The position numbers were made by a program, and so were the translations under genes. Positions 1 to 9,970 of a DNA stretch of 64,000 nt are shown one piece after another. Within the stretch, counting starts at the first letter, position 1. Each line of letters starts with the position of its first letter. The DNA is from Balneolaceae bacterium. Its GTDB lineage: Bacteria > Bacteroidota > Rhodothermia > Balneolales > Balneolaceae. The notes below the pieces were generated by a model. The model was not told the origin of the DNA, did not search any database, and saw nothing but the letters and a program-made list of their open reading frames with translations. The stretch spans positions 1,123-65,122 of the forward strand of contig SKKO01000006.1 in assembly GCA_007123715.1 (NCBI GenBank), written 5' to 3'.

Positions 1-1568
1 ACAAACCGGTCCATGAACTCCGCATCATCAGCGAATTGTTCAATATTCCGGATCTGATCGAGATCGGTTACCCAGCCTTCGCCAATTTTTTCCGTAATCA
101 GATCAGCCAGTTCCCGGTTGCATTGTCGGAGCCATCTCCTGGGGGTTATACCGTTCGTTTTATTGGTGAAACGTTCAGGATACATTTCATAAAAATCTCT
201 GAAAAGAGTTTTTTTGATCAGTTCACTGTGCATTGCAGCAACTCCATTGATTTTATGGGAACCTACAATTCCAAGATGTGCCATATGGACAACAGGATTT
301 TCACCCTCGCCAACGATTGACATCCGGCTGATTTTACCACGGTCATCTCCAATTTTGATTTTAATATCATGCAAAAATCTGCGATTGATTTCGTATATGA
401 TTTGCAAATGCCGTGGCAGCAGGTTGCGCAATAACGACACCGGCCATTTTTCAAGTGCTTCAGGCAAAATAGTGTGGTTGGTATAAGCCATCGTTTTTTC
501 CGTAATTCCCCAGGCAAGGTCCCACTCAAGCCCTTCCTCATCTACCAATACACGCATCAGTTCCGGAATGGCAAGATTGGGATGGGTATCATTACACTGG
601 ATAGAAATTTTTTCAGGAAGTTTACGCCAATCGTTGTTTGTTTTTCGGAAACGGCGAAGGATATCCTGCATGGAAGCGGCTACAAGGAAAAACTCCTGCT
701 TCAAGCGAAGCTCTTGTCCTACAAATATTTTATCGTTTGGATAAAGTACCCTCGAAATATTTTCGTTTAACTGAGTGTCACGAACCGCATCAATATATTG
801 CCCTTGATTAAAGCTCTTAAGGTCGATTGACGATGATGAGGATGCTTTCCACAGGCGAAGATTATTAACGATATTATTTTTATACCCGGGAATTGGAATA
901 TCGTATGCAACTGCCAGAACATCATGAGTGTTTTCCCACTTAAATCGTAATGTTCCATCTTCATCATGGTAGGCATGGGAATGGCCATAAAAAGGAACGT
1001 TATATTGGGTTTTTGGCCTTATCACATCCCAGGGGTTTCCATAGCGCAACCACAAATCCGGCTTTTCTATCTGGAATCCATTTTCAATCGACTGATAAAA
1101 AATCCCGAAATCGTACCGTATTCCATAACCGATGGCCGGTATTCCGAGTGTAGCCATTGAATCGAGAAAACAGGCTGCAAGACGCCCGAGGCCACCATTA
1201 CCCAAACCGGCATCCCATTCTACACTTCTGATCTCCTCATAATCCAATCCAAGTTCTTGCATGGCTTCGGCCGCCACGTCCTGAAGGCCGAGGTTAACGA
1301 GCATGTTATCGAGCAACCGTCCTATAAGGTACTCCATTGAAATATAATAAACCCGTTTCGCATCATTGAGATAATAGCCTTGCTGGGTATCAATCCACTT
1401 ATCATGAAGCCTGTCCATAACTGATAAAACCACGCTTTTGTAGCTATCCCAAGCCGTTGTTGAATATTTATCTTTTGCAAGGGTGTATCGTAAATGCTGA
1501 ACAATATCTTCTCTGAATGAATCTACATCCATGCCATTACGGGGATGAACTGAATTATTTTTTGTCAT
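1..1568 (-). CDS. glgP: Glycogen/starch/alpha-glucan phosphorylase (N-terminal part; runs off the window start)
   Basis: Not in the ORF track because no stop falls inside the window. Manual minus-strand translation from ATG at 1568: MTKNNSVHPRNGMD...KRVYYISMEYLIGR...DAGLGNGGLGRLAACFLDS...ISRVLYPND...LRLKQEFF...NDTHP...YTNHTILPEALE...KTNGITPRRW, all phosphorylase motifs. Confidence 0.96.
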   Translation of the reverse strand, partial: MTKNNSVHPRNGMDVDSFREDIVQHLRYTLAKDKYSTTAWDSYKSVVLSVMDRLHDKWIDTQQGYYLNDAKRVYYISMEYLIGRLLDNMLVNLGLQDVAAEAMQELGLDYEEIRSVEWDAGLGNGGLGRLAACFLDSMATLGIPAIGYGIRYDFGIFYQSIENGFQIEKPDLWLRYGNPWDVIRPKTQYNVPFYGHSHAYHDEDGTLRFKWENTHDVLAVAYDIPIPGYKNNIVNNLRLWKASSSSSIDLKSFNQGQYIDAVRDTQLNENISRVLYPNDKIFVGQELRLKQEFFLVAASMQDILRRFRKTNNDWRKLPEKISIQCNDTHPNLAIPELMRVLVDEEGLEWDLAWGITEKTMAYTNHTILPEALEKWPVSLLRNLLPRHLQIIYEINRRFLHDIKIKIGDDRGKISRMSIVGEGENPVVHMAHLGIVGSHKINGVAAMHSELIKKTLFRDFYEMYPERFTNKTNGITPRRWLRQCNRELADLITEKIGEGWVTDLDQIRNIEQFADDAEFMDRF

Positions 1569-1667
1569 AAGTAAATGTTCGGTTTTTTTATATGAATATT
1601 CTTAAGTGAGCCGTCTTACGGCTGTGGTAGTTTATGTATGATAATGAAGGTTTACATCCATCTTTAA

Positions 1668-2531
1668 TTAATCTTTTCTGTAAATACCATAATCGGGTAT
1701 AAACCCCGGTCTGGTCAAGTTAGGTGAAAAACCAAGCTTATAAAACGATTCATATGCCTGAATTGCAACAAAATCTTGATTAAATATACCAAAAACCGTA
1801 GAACCACTTCCGGTCATAGACGCATAAACAGCACCAAAATCGATCAATTGGTCTTTGATGTTGCCAACTATATCATATCTCGCAATTACGGTAGGTTCAA
1901 GATCATTTTGCAACAGGTATTGCCACTCTGAGGCCTCTTCTTCAAGAAGCACTTTTTTTAGAGAAAATTCGGGAGTGGGATTAGGTATGCAGTTATGGTA
2001 TGCCTCCGCTGTTGATGATTCAAAACCGGGATAAACACATAAAATCCAGGCATCGGGCTGAATCGGCATAGGTTCCACAGAATGACCGAGGCCGGTACCG
2101 ATACCTGTTTTGCCTTTAATGAAAAAGGGAATGTCTGCACCAAGATTACGGCTAAGGTCTATAAGTTCATCGTCTGTAAGGCCGGCACCTTCCAGTTTAT
2201 TCAGTATTCTGAATGTAAGTGCGGCATTACTGCTTCCGCCTCCGAGTCCTGCCCCTGGCGGCATGTTCTTCTGAACTGAGAATGAGTAATGCTGCTTCAG
2301 GCCAACGTACATTTCAAAAGCACGGTAAGCTTTTGTTATTAGATTCTCTTCCCCGGCCGGTATGTTATCTGTCGACAAACTGAGTGAGAAATGATCTGCC
2401 GGACAAACCTCAAACCTGTCGTTCCATTCGATAAAACAGAAACCCGTTTCGATAGTATGGTAACCGGTTGGCAGGCGTTCCAGCACATGAAGGCCAAGAT
2501 TTATTTTGCCGTATGAATTCGCGATCCACAT
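1668..2531 (-). CDS. ispE: 4-diphosphocytidyl-2-C-methyl-D-erythritol kinase
   Basis: GKINLGL N-terminus, GYHTIET, GHMP motif PPGAGLGGGSSNAA, LGADIPFF, MTGSGSTVFG. Confidence 0.95.
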   Translation of the reverse strand: MWIANSYGKINLGLHVLERLPTGYHTIETGFCFIEWNDRFEVCPADHFSLSLSTDNIPAGEENLITKAYRAFEMYVGLKQHYSFSVQKNMPPGAGLGGGSSNAALTFRILNKLEGAGLTDDELIDLSRNLGADIPFFIKGKTGIGTGLGHSVEPMPIQPDAWILCVYPGFESSTAEAYHNCIPNPTPEFSLKKVLLEEEASEWQYLLQNDLEPTVIARYDIVGNIKDQLIDFGAVYASMTGSGSTVFGIFNQDFVAIQAYESFYKLGFSPNLTRPGFIPDYGIYRKD

Positions 2532-3937
2532 CAGGTGTATTCCTCTTTTATTTTTAAAAGATACCGGTAGGCTTCGTCATCATCATTGGGAATAATCCCA
2601 TCCAGTATCGCATCTTTAATTCTGTCTTTAATCCGGCCTACCACAGGGCCTGGTTTCACATTCATTACTTCCATAATTTGCTCGCCCGAGATCGGATTTT
2701 TCCAGTTTCTTATCCGGTCTTTTTTTTCAACCTCTTTTACTTTTTTTTCTACCCTGTCAAAATTGTTTTGAAACTTTTTCTGCTTCCATTCATTTTTCGT
2801 GGTGATATCGGCCCTGCACAAAACCATCAAATCTTCAAGCTCATCACCTGCTTCATAGATTAACCTTCGGATGGCGCTGTCGGTTACTTCTTCAGATGCC
2901 AATGCAATGGGCCTGAGATGAAGCCTTACCAGCTTTTGAATATACCTCATGCGTTCATCCATCGGCAATCCCAATCGCCGGAAAATGCGGGGTACCCATT
3001 TTGCTCCGAGGGCGTCGTGCCCGTGAAATGTCCAGCCTGTTCCGGGCGAAAATCTTTTGGTGGGGGGTTTTGCAATATCATGCATGATGGCCGCCCAGCG
3101 CAGCCACAAATCATCACTTACCTGAGCTACATTGTTGAGTACTTCAAGTGTATGCCAGAAATTATCCTTGTGCCTTTGACCATTTTTTTCATCCACACCA
3201 AGCAAATTCACCATCTCAGGAAAAAATTCTCCAAGTAATCCGGATTCAAGAAGCAATGAAAACCCGGATGATGGCTGCTTCGCCAATACAATTTTATTCA
3301 GCTCATCAATAACCCTCTCTTTTGAAATGATAGATAAACGATGCGACATTTTTTTGATGGCTGCCATTGTTTTATCCTCAATAGAAAAATCGAGCTGCGT
3401 TGCAAAGCGAATTGCACGCATCATTCTAAGCGGATCATCATCAAACGTTTGTTCTGGGTCTATTGGAGTACGTATAATGCGGGATTTTAAATCGCCGATT
3501 CCTCCAAAAGGATCATGTAAAACCCCAAAAGAACCGGGATTCAGGCACCATGATAATGCATTAATGGTGAGATCTCTCCGAAATTGGTCATCTTTGAGTG
3601 TTCCGTTTTCAACAAGGGGTTTTCGTGAATTCCTGCGATAACTTTCTTTACGCGCACCCACAAATTCCAGATCAAGATCATTGTATTTAACCTGGGCAGT
3701 CCCGAACTGTTTAAAAATTGAAATGCGGTTGCTTTGTAATACATCTGCCACCTTTTTAGCCAGTGAAATCCCCGACCCTACCGTTACAAAGTCAATATCT
3801 GTGATGTCACCACTCAGTTCGTCAAGGTAATAATCGCGCACGTACCCCCCCACCACAAAAACCTGCTGGTTTAAGGATTCAGCAACTTCACCGATTGACC
3901 TGAATAGTGTTAAATGCTTGTCGGGTATACCTGTCAA
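2531..3937 (-). CDS. cca: CCA tRNA nucleotidyltransferase / poly(A) polymerase family, HD-domain containing
   Basis: VVGGYVRD, DIDFV, RRDLTINAL, DDPLRMMRAIRFA, then HD region (HTLEV, MHDIAKP, FHGHD). TTG start. The tRNA-Gln in this window lacks an encoded CCA, which fits a CCA-adding role. Confidence 0.85.
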   Translation of the reverse strand: MTGIPDKHLTLFRSIGEVAESLNQQVFVVGGYVRDYYLDELSGDITDIDFVTVGSGISLAKKVADVLQSNRISIFKQFGTAQVKYNDLDLEFVGARKESYRRNSRKPLVENGTLKDDQFRRDLTINALSWCLNPGSFGVLHDPFGGIGDLKSRIIRTPIDPEQTFDDDPLRMMRAIRFATQLDFSIEDKTMAAIKKMSHRLSIISKERVIDELNKIVLAKQPSSGFSLLLESGLLGEFFPEMVNLLGVDEKNGQRHKDNFWHTLEVLNNVAQVSDDLWLRWAAIMHDIAKPPTKRFSPGTGWTFHGHDALGAKWVPRIFRRLGLPMDERMRYIQKLVRLHLRPIALASEEVTDSAIRRLIYEAGDELEDLMVLCRADITTKNEWKQKKFQNNFDRVEKKVKEVEKKDRIRNWKNPISGEQIMEVMNVKPGPVVGRIKDRIKDAILDGIIPNDDDEAYRYLLKIKEEYT

Positions 3938-4045
3938 AACACAACCAAAATTTAATTTAGCTTAGTAAAATAACAACTATTATGCTATCAGATTAATATT
4001 TTTTCCAGAACCTGCCAAATATCAGCAGCCACGTAAGAATTCTAT

Positions 4046-4059
4046 TGAAAACGATTTCA
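4046..4059. promoter_or_regulatory. Candidate LacI-family operator O1 (TGAAAACGATTTCA)
   Basis: Imperfect palindrome centred on CG, as expected for LacI/GalR operators. Lies upstream of the ABC-iol operon and resembles the sites at 4419 and 15021. Confidence 0.5.
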
Positions 4060-4418
4060 TTTCAGTAATTAAAATTACTTTACAAGTCTCAATCTTTAAT
4101 CTGCCAAACTTAAATAATTGAAAACACCACGCCCACAGGAAATATTGTAGCTAAATTGATAATCGTATGGATTTCAGATCTTTTCATACTATTCAGAACA
4201 TCGAACAGACCTTATCATATATTTAAAGCACTGTTGTTCTTACACCAAACCCCAATACCGATTTCCCGTATCGCGTATCCCATCCCTTTAAAACTGACTG
4301 CCAATGACCTCCTCTTTTTTTAACCCATTTAGAAGCATCCATTCGAAAACCCAAATTATTTTAATTATTTTCAGCCAGATGTTTGATAATATCCCCTGCA
4401 ATGATTAAGCTTGAATGG

Positions 4419-4432
4419 TGAAATCGTTACCA
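4419..4432. promoter_or_regulatory. Candidate LacI-family operator O2 (TGAAATCGTTACCA)
   Basis: Same TG-AAA-N-CG-N-TT palindrome pattern, ~235 nt upstream of the ABC ATPase start. Confidence 0.55.
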
Positions 4433-4666
4433 TAAATATTTATTAAGCGGTATAAATAATCGTATTGGAGATAATTTTTTCTCTCAGGATAAATTTTAAA
4501 TAATTTTAAATTTGCTTTAGTAGTGGTATGAGGCGCCTGCGTTTTCTTATGAAGAGGAAAACTTGACCCATTCATGCTGTTCACTTTTATATTCAGGTTT
4601 TTACACTCATTCATTTTAATATTAAAACTTCATTGATTGGAGCAAACAGGGATTAAGACGTAATTC

Positions 4667-6178
4667 ATGACAAATTCCGGATGTATATTGGAGATGTATG
4701 ATATCCGCAAGGAATTCCCGGGGGTATTGGCACTTGACAGGGTTCAGCTATCTCTTAAAAAAGGAGAAGTTCATGTACTCCTTGGTGAGAATGGGGCGGG
4801 AAAGTCCACTCTCATGAAGATTCTGAGTGGTGCTTATACAAAAGACAGCGGTGAGATTTTCATTGATGGAAATCTTACAGAAATAATGAGTCCGGCACAC
4901 GCTCAGGAACTCGGCATCGGTATTATCTATCAGGAATTTAACCTGAACCCTTATCTCAGTGTTGCCGAGAATATTTTTATGGGTCGTGAACCTGTAAAAT
5001 TACCCGGTATTATACACTGGGAGAGGCTTTATCGTGAAGCACAAACAATTCTTGACAGCCTGAACGTAAAAATCAATGCCCGCCATAAAGTTGAATCGCT
5101 GGGTGTTGCCATGCAGCAAATGGTTGAGGTTGCCAAAGCATTGTCCCTTAAGGCACGAATCTTAATAATGGATGAACCAACGGCATCCCTCTCAAATAAT
5201 GAAATTGAATCTCTCTTCAAAACAATTTTACACCTAAAACAACAGGGGGTTTCCATTGTTTATATATCACACCGCCTCGTGGAGATTTTTGAAATTGGCG
5301 ACAGGGTAACCGTTCTGCGTGACGGCAAATACATCGCCACAACTCCGATCGAACAGCTTACAAGGGACGATATGATCAGGATGATGGTGAACCGGGACCT
5401 TGACGATCAGATACCCAAAGTAAAAGCTATAATTGGTGAAACTGTACTCAAAGTCGAAAATCTGAATGTGAATGAGAGGCTGAAAGAGATCAATTTTGAA
5501 CTTCATAAAGGCGAAATTCTCGGTATTTCAGGACTAATGGGGGCCGGTCGCACCCGGCTGGCAAAAACGCTCTTTGGTGCTGAAAAAATTAAATCAGGCA
5601 GCATTTACCTGGAAGGCCGGGAAGTGTTCCTCAAATCGCCACGTGATGCCATTAATGCCGGAATTGGCTTGGTTACAGAAGACCGGAAAACTGAAGGATT
5701 GATTCTTGATCTTTCAGTGAAACAAAACATCTCCCTCCCAAATATTAAAAGGTTTATTAAAGGCGGTGTAATCAACTTCAAAAAAGAAAATGAAGTTGTT
5801 GATGAATACATCGGAAAATTGAAAATCAAAACTCCATCGAGAAATCAACAAACCCTTTTTCTTAGTGGAGGAAATCAGCAAAAGGTTGTACTCAGTAAAT
5901 GGCTTTGTACAGATACTAAAATATTTATATTTGATGAACCTACCCGCGGCATAGATGTGGGCGCAAAAACAGAAATTTATCAATTGATGAACAGACTTAC
6001 CGCAAATGGTGCCGCAATCATTATGATCTCATCCGAGATGCCGGAAATTTTGGGTATGAGCGACCGGATCCTGGTAATGCGTGATGGTCGTATTGCCGGA
6101 GAACTTTCGGATAAGGAAGCAACACAGGAAAAAATTATGAATCTTGCATTGGGCGAACCGTATGAAGCAGCTGTTTAG
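4667..6178 (+). CDS. Sugar ABC transporter ATP-binding protein (RbsA/CUT2-like, two ATPase domains)
   Basis: GENGAGKSTLMK Walker A, LIMDEPT, ISHRL; second domain LSGGNQQKV, FDEPTRGIDVGAK. Confidence 0.95.
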   Translation: MTNSGCILEMYDIRKEFPGVLALDRVQLSLKKGEVHVLLGENGAGKSTLMKILSGAYTKDSGEIFIDGNLTEIMSPAHAQELGIGIIYQEFNLNPYLSVAENIFMGREPVKLPGIIHWERLYREAQTILDSLNVKINARHKVESLGVAMQQMVEVAKALSLKARILIMDEPTASLSNNEIESLFKTILHLKQQGVSIVYISHRLVEIFEIGDRVTVLRDGKYIATTPIEQLTRDDMIRMMVNRDLDDQIPKVKAIIGETVLKVENLNVNERLKEINFELHKGEILGISGLMGAGRTRLAKTLFGAEKIKSGSIYLEGREVFLKSPRDAINAGIGLVTEDRKTEGLILDLSVKQNISLPNIKRFIKGGVINFKKENEVVDEYIGKLKIKTPSRNQQTLFLSGGNQQKVVLSKWLCTDTKIFIFDEPTRGIDVGAKTEIYQLMNRLTANGAAIIMISSEMPEILGMSDRILVMRDGRIAGELSDKEATQEKIMNLALGEPYEAAV

Positions 6179-7115
6179 CAACTTGAATTTTGACCAAATG
6201 AGGCAATTCGGGACATTTTTCGGATTGCTTGCACTATGTATCCTCTTTACAATACTATCCCCACACTTTTTTACCACATCCAACCTGCTCAATGTGGCGC
6301 AACAGTCGGCTATTATTGCTGTTATTTCAGTGGGAATGACATTTGTAATTATCACGGCCGGAATTGACCTGTCTGTTGGTTCAGTACTGGCTTTTTCCGG
6401 TGTTGTGATGGCCAGCGTTCTTCACTCCGGCCTGCCTATCCCCATCGGTATCGCAGTTGGCATGGCAGTGGGATTTTCATGCGGCCTTGTAAATGGAATG
6501 CTTGTTACATACGGAAAAATTCCGCCTTTTATCGCCACACTCGGCATGATGAGTATAGCACGGGGCGCGGGGCTGTGGTTCACGGATGGCAGGCCTATTT
6601 CCGGCTTTGATGACAGTTTCCGTTTTCTTGCAAACGGAGAAATATTCCATATACCTGTGCCTGTAATTATCATGATCCTGGTTTACGTTGCAGCTCATTT
6701 TGTCCTTACACGTACCAAAATGGGCCGTTATACATATGCAATCGGAGGTAATATAAATGCCGCACGGCTATCTGGTATCAATATCAACCTCTACCTCAAT
6801 ATCATATATGGAGTCGCGGGACTGCTGAGTGCCCTCGCAGCGGTTATGCTCACCGCAAGATTAAATTCTGCACAGCCCATTGCCGGAATTATGTATGAAC
6901 TGGATGCCATTGCAGCCACTGTAATTGGGGGAACCAGCCTTTTTGGAGGAAAAGGTACCGTTATCGGAACACTGATCGGCGCCCTGATAATCGGCGTTTT
7001 AAGAAATGGGCTCAACCTGCTTGGAGTCTCATCCTTTATTCAGCAGATTGTCATAGGATCAGTAATTATCGGTGCCATCCTTCTTGATACTAATTTAAAG
7101 AACTCAAAAAACTGA
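6162..7115 (+). CDS. Sugar ABC transporter permease (RbsC-like)
   Basis: Hydrophobic; GIDLSVGS, PPFIATLG, YAIGGN, YELDAIAATVIGGTSLFGG. Start set at ATG 6162 (MKQLF), overlapping the ATPase stop. Confidence 0.95.
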   Translation: MKQLFSNLNFDQMRQFGTFFGLLALCILFTILSPHFFTTSNLLNVAQQSAIIAVISVGMTFVIITAGIDLSVGSVLAFSGVVMASVLHSGLPIPIGIAVGMAVGFSCGLVNGMLVTYGKIPPFIATLGMMSIARGAGLWFTDGRPISGFDDSFRFLANGEIFHIPVPVIIMILVYVAAHFVLTRTKMGRYTYAIGGNINAARLSGININLYLNIIYGVAGLLSALAAVMLTARLNSAQPIAGIMYELDAIAATVIGGTSLFGGKGTVIGTLIGALIIGVLRNGLNLLGVSSFIQQIVIGSVIIGAILLDTNLKNSKN

Positions 7116-7122
7116 CCTCATC

Positions 7123-8076
7123 ATGAAACAATCGTTATTCATCCGGATTACCGCTTTTTTACTCATAACCGTACTAACCCTGCCTCTTTGGGGCTGCTAT
7201 AAGGAAGAGTTTCCGGGGCGGCCAACCATTGCACTTGTCGTTAAAACACTAAATAACCCGTTCTTTAATGACATGCAGGCAGGTGCGGAAGAGATGGCCA
7301 GGGAACTGCAGCTGAACTTAATAGTTCAGGCCGCTGAACGCGAAGTTGATGTGGAGCAACAGGTACAAATTGTTGAAAACCTTATCCAGCGGCGGGTTGA
7401 CGCTATTCTGCTAACCCCGAGCGGTTCCAGAGAAGTTGTGCCGGTTATTTCAAGGGCAAACCGTGCAGGTATTCCTGTTTTAAATCTCGATACACGGGTA
7501 GATATGGATCTGCTCGGCCGTGATAACGCTGAAATCGCAACTTTTATCGGCTCCGATAACTACGAAGGAGGCTACATCGCTGGCAAATATGTAGGCGAAG
7601 CCCTTAACGGCCGGGGTAAAGTGGCTATTCTTGAAGGAATTCCCGGACACGAAACGGCTGATTCGCGACAGTCAGGATTCCTTGCTGGCCTGGCTGAATT
7701 TCCTGATGTACAAGTGGTTACATCTCAAACCGCAAACTGGGAAAGAAACCTTGGATACAACGTTTTCGAAAATATGCTGCAATCATTTTCGGATGTGAAT
7801 GCCGTATTTGCTGCGAATGACCTTATGGCACTTGGGGCTGTTGAAGCTATTGCATCAAGCGGCCGCTCTACTGATGATGTTATTGTTGTTGGATTTGATG
7901 CACACAATGAAGCGGTAGACGCTATCCGGCGCGGATCAATGCATGCAACAGTTGCACAGAATCCATTTGAAATAGGACGGGCAGGTGTCGAATACGCATA
8001 CAAAGTTTTAAATGGTGAAGAGATTCCGGATGATATAACTATTGAAATACGGCTCATTACCCGCGATAACCTGTAA
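7123..8076 (+). CDS. Sugar ABC substrate-binding lipoprotein (RbsB-like; probably inositol-binding)
   Basis: Lipobox LWGC; KTLNNPFF, IGSDNYEGG, ANWER, FAANDLMALGA, VVGFD, TVAQNP. Confidence 0.92.
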   Translation: MKQSLFIRITAFLLITVLTLPLWGCYKEEFPGRPTIALVVKTLNNPFFNDMQAGAEEMARELQLNLIVQAAEREVDVEQQVQIVENLIQRRVDAILLTPSGSREVVPVISRANRAGIPVLNLDTRVDMDLLGRDNAEIATFIGSDNYEGGYIAGKYVGEALNGRGKVAILEGIPGHETADSRQSGFLAGLAEFPDVQVVTSQTANWERNLGYNVFENMLQSFSDVNAVFAANDLMALGAVEAIASSGRSTDDVIVVGFDAHNEAVDAIRRGSMHATVAQNPFEIGRAGVEYAYKVLNGEEIPDDITIEIRLITRDNL

Positions 8077-8110
8077 TAATTTAATATCCAAAAAAAATAG
8101 GAGACTAACT

Positions 8111-9169
8111 ATGAAATCAAATATTAACGTAGGAGTAGTAGGACTTGGCCGGCTCGGGGGCTTGTATGTTGAATATCTCAGCTATCAGATACCAGGAGCC
8201 AATGTAATTGCTGTAGCTGACGCTGATACAAAACTTGCAACCGAAATAGCTGAAAAATATTCCATTAAACATGTTTTCCAGGATCATCAGCATCTGCTCG
8301 ATGTAAAAGGCCTGGATGCGGTTGTAATTGTAAGCCCGACAAGCACTCACAAAGACGTAGTGATAGATGCGGCTTCAAAGGGCAAAATGATATTTTGTGA
8401 AAAGCCGCTTTCCCTTTCGCTCGATGAAGCTGTAATGATGAAAAAGGCTGTGGAAAAATCCGGTGTTTTTTTCCACATGGGTTTTATGCGCCGCTTTGAC
8501 CGTGGTTACTCGGCAGCAAAAAAACGAATTTTAGATGGTGAAATCGGTACCCCAATTGTATTCAAGGCTACGTCTCGCGATCCATACCGGCCAAGCCTCG
8601 AATATGCCGACCCAAAAAAAAGCGGCGGCCTGATGCTGGATATGGGTATTCATGATTTTGATCTCGCACGCTGGTTTATGGGTGATGTGGCTGATGTATA
8701 CGCCATTGGCGACGTACTTGCTTTCCCTGAAATGAAAACCATCAACGACGTTGATAATGCCATGGTTGTGATGAATTTTGAATCAGGAAATATCGGTTCT
8801 GCCGATTTGAGCCGGAGCGGAATCTACGGTTATGACATCCGTACAGAAATTTTGGGAACAAATGGCACCATCCAGATTGGTTATCTCCGGGAAACCCCGA
8901 TCACCATCCTGAAGAAAGAAGGAGTTACCCACGATACGGTTCCTTTTTTCATGGAAAGGTTTCAGGAATCTTATATCATACAGCTCAAGGACTTTATTGA
9001 TAAAGCCATCCGGGATCAAGAACCCTCCATCACTGTAGAAGATGGTGAACGGGCTTTACTTGTAGCTCACGCCGCAACCTATTCACTTCACGAAAAAGCT
9101 CCTGTGGCAATCGATAATGAAGCCATGAGCTATCAATTAAAATCAGAATCTGAAAAAATCACCAGCTGA
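8111..9169 (+). CDS. iolG: Inositol 2-dehydrogenase (Gfo/Idh/MocA family)
   Basis: VGVVGLGRLG Rossmann fold, FCEKPL, GFMRRFD, SRDP, DMGIHDFD, GYDIRTE; iol gene context. Start set at ATG 8111. Confidence 0.88.
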   Translation: MKSNINVGVVGLGRLGGLYVEYLSYQIPGANVIAVADADTKLATEIAEKYSIKHVFQDHQHLLDVKGLDAVVIVSPTSTHKDVVIDAASKGKMIFCEKPLSLSLDEAVMMKKAVEKSGVFFHMGFMRRFDRGYSAAKKRILDGEIGTPIVFKATSRDPYRPSLEYADPKKSGGLMLDMGIHDFDLARWFMGDVADVYAIGDVLAFPEMKTINDVDNAMVVMNFESGNIGSADLSRSGIYGYDIRTEILGTNGTIQIGYLRETPITILKKEGVTHDTVPFFMERFQESYIIQLKDFIDKAIRDQEPSITVEDGERALLVAHAATYSLHEKAPVAIDNEAMSYQLKSESEKITS

Positions 9170-9176
9170 TTGTATC

Positions 9177-9953
9177 ATGAAAAAAAATGTTTTATTCAAA
9201 AATACCGCAAGCAAAAAAGGACGTAATTGGATTATTACACCCGAAAATTCAGAATTGGTTGCCCTGAGTTATGCAAGAACCATTCTCGACAGCGAAATTC
9301 CTTCCATAACCTATGAAAATCCCGGCAGTGAAGCTGCCATATTTTGTATGAGCGGAGAAGGCGTAATCGAAATTGGCGGAAAATCATATACCCTAAAACC
9401 TTATGATGCACTGTTTCTCCCGCCAGATAAATCGGGAACAATAACGACGGAAACCACTCTCGATCTGGTAGAAAGTACAGCTCCTTCCAGTGCTTCGGGA
9501 GACCCGGTTTTTGTTCCCTATAAGGAACTGAACGAAGATCCCGGTTTAACAGAAATGCTGGGTTTTGAGGGGTGCTACAGGAAAATTCACCGGACGATTG
9601 ATGATAATGTTCCGGCAAAACGACTTCTTTGCGGCCTCATATTCAGCAATGACGGGAACTGGACAAGCTGGGCTCCCCACGAACATGCAGCCACCAAAGA
9701 AGAAATCTATCTCTACTTTGAAATGCCTCCGCCAGCCTTTGGGCTTCAACTCGTTTACGATGACATCGAAAACCCGGAATATCTCGGTCCGGTTTACCAG
9801 GATGATGCCGTGGTTATAAAAAGAGGCTATCACCCAAATGTTGCTATCCCCGGTTACCCGATTAATTTTGTATGGATGATGGCCACACTCGATGAAGAAA
9901 TGGAACGAACATGGGCGGGCGTAAACACACAACCTGAATTTATAAAGAACTAA
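9177..9953 (+). CDS. iolB: 5-deoxy-glucuronate isomerase (KduI/IolB family)
   Basis: GNWTSWAPHEH, EEIYLY, RGYHPNVAIPGY cupin motifs; iol context. Confidence 0.9.
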   Translation: MKKNVLFKNTASKKGRNWIITPENSELVALSYARTILDSEIPSITYENPGSEAAIFCMSGEGVIEIGGKSYTLKPYDALFLPPDKSGTITTETTLDLVESTAPSSASGDPVFVPYKELNEDPGLTEMLGFEGCYRKIHRTIDDNVPAKRLLCGLIFSNDGNWTSWAPHEHAATKEEIYLYFEMPPPAFGLQLVYDDIENPEYLGPVYQDDAVVIKRGYHPNVAIPGYPINFVWMMATLDEEMERTWAGVNTQPEFIKN

Positions 9954-9970
9954 GAGCAATACAAGGAATT

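Noticed and set aside
4405-4614. 69-aa minus-strand ORF in the ABC operon promoter region
   Set aside because: AT-rich, low-complexity, overlaps a candidate operator and has no recognisable features.
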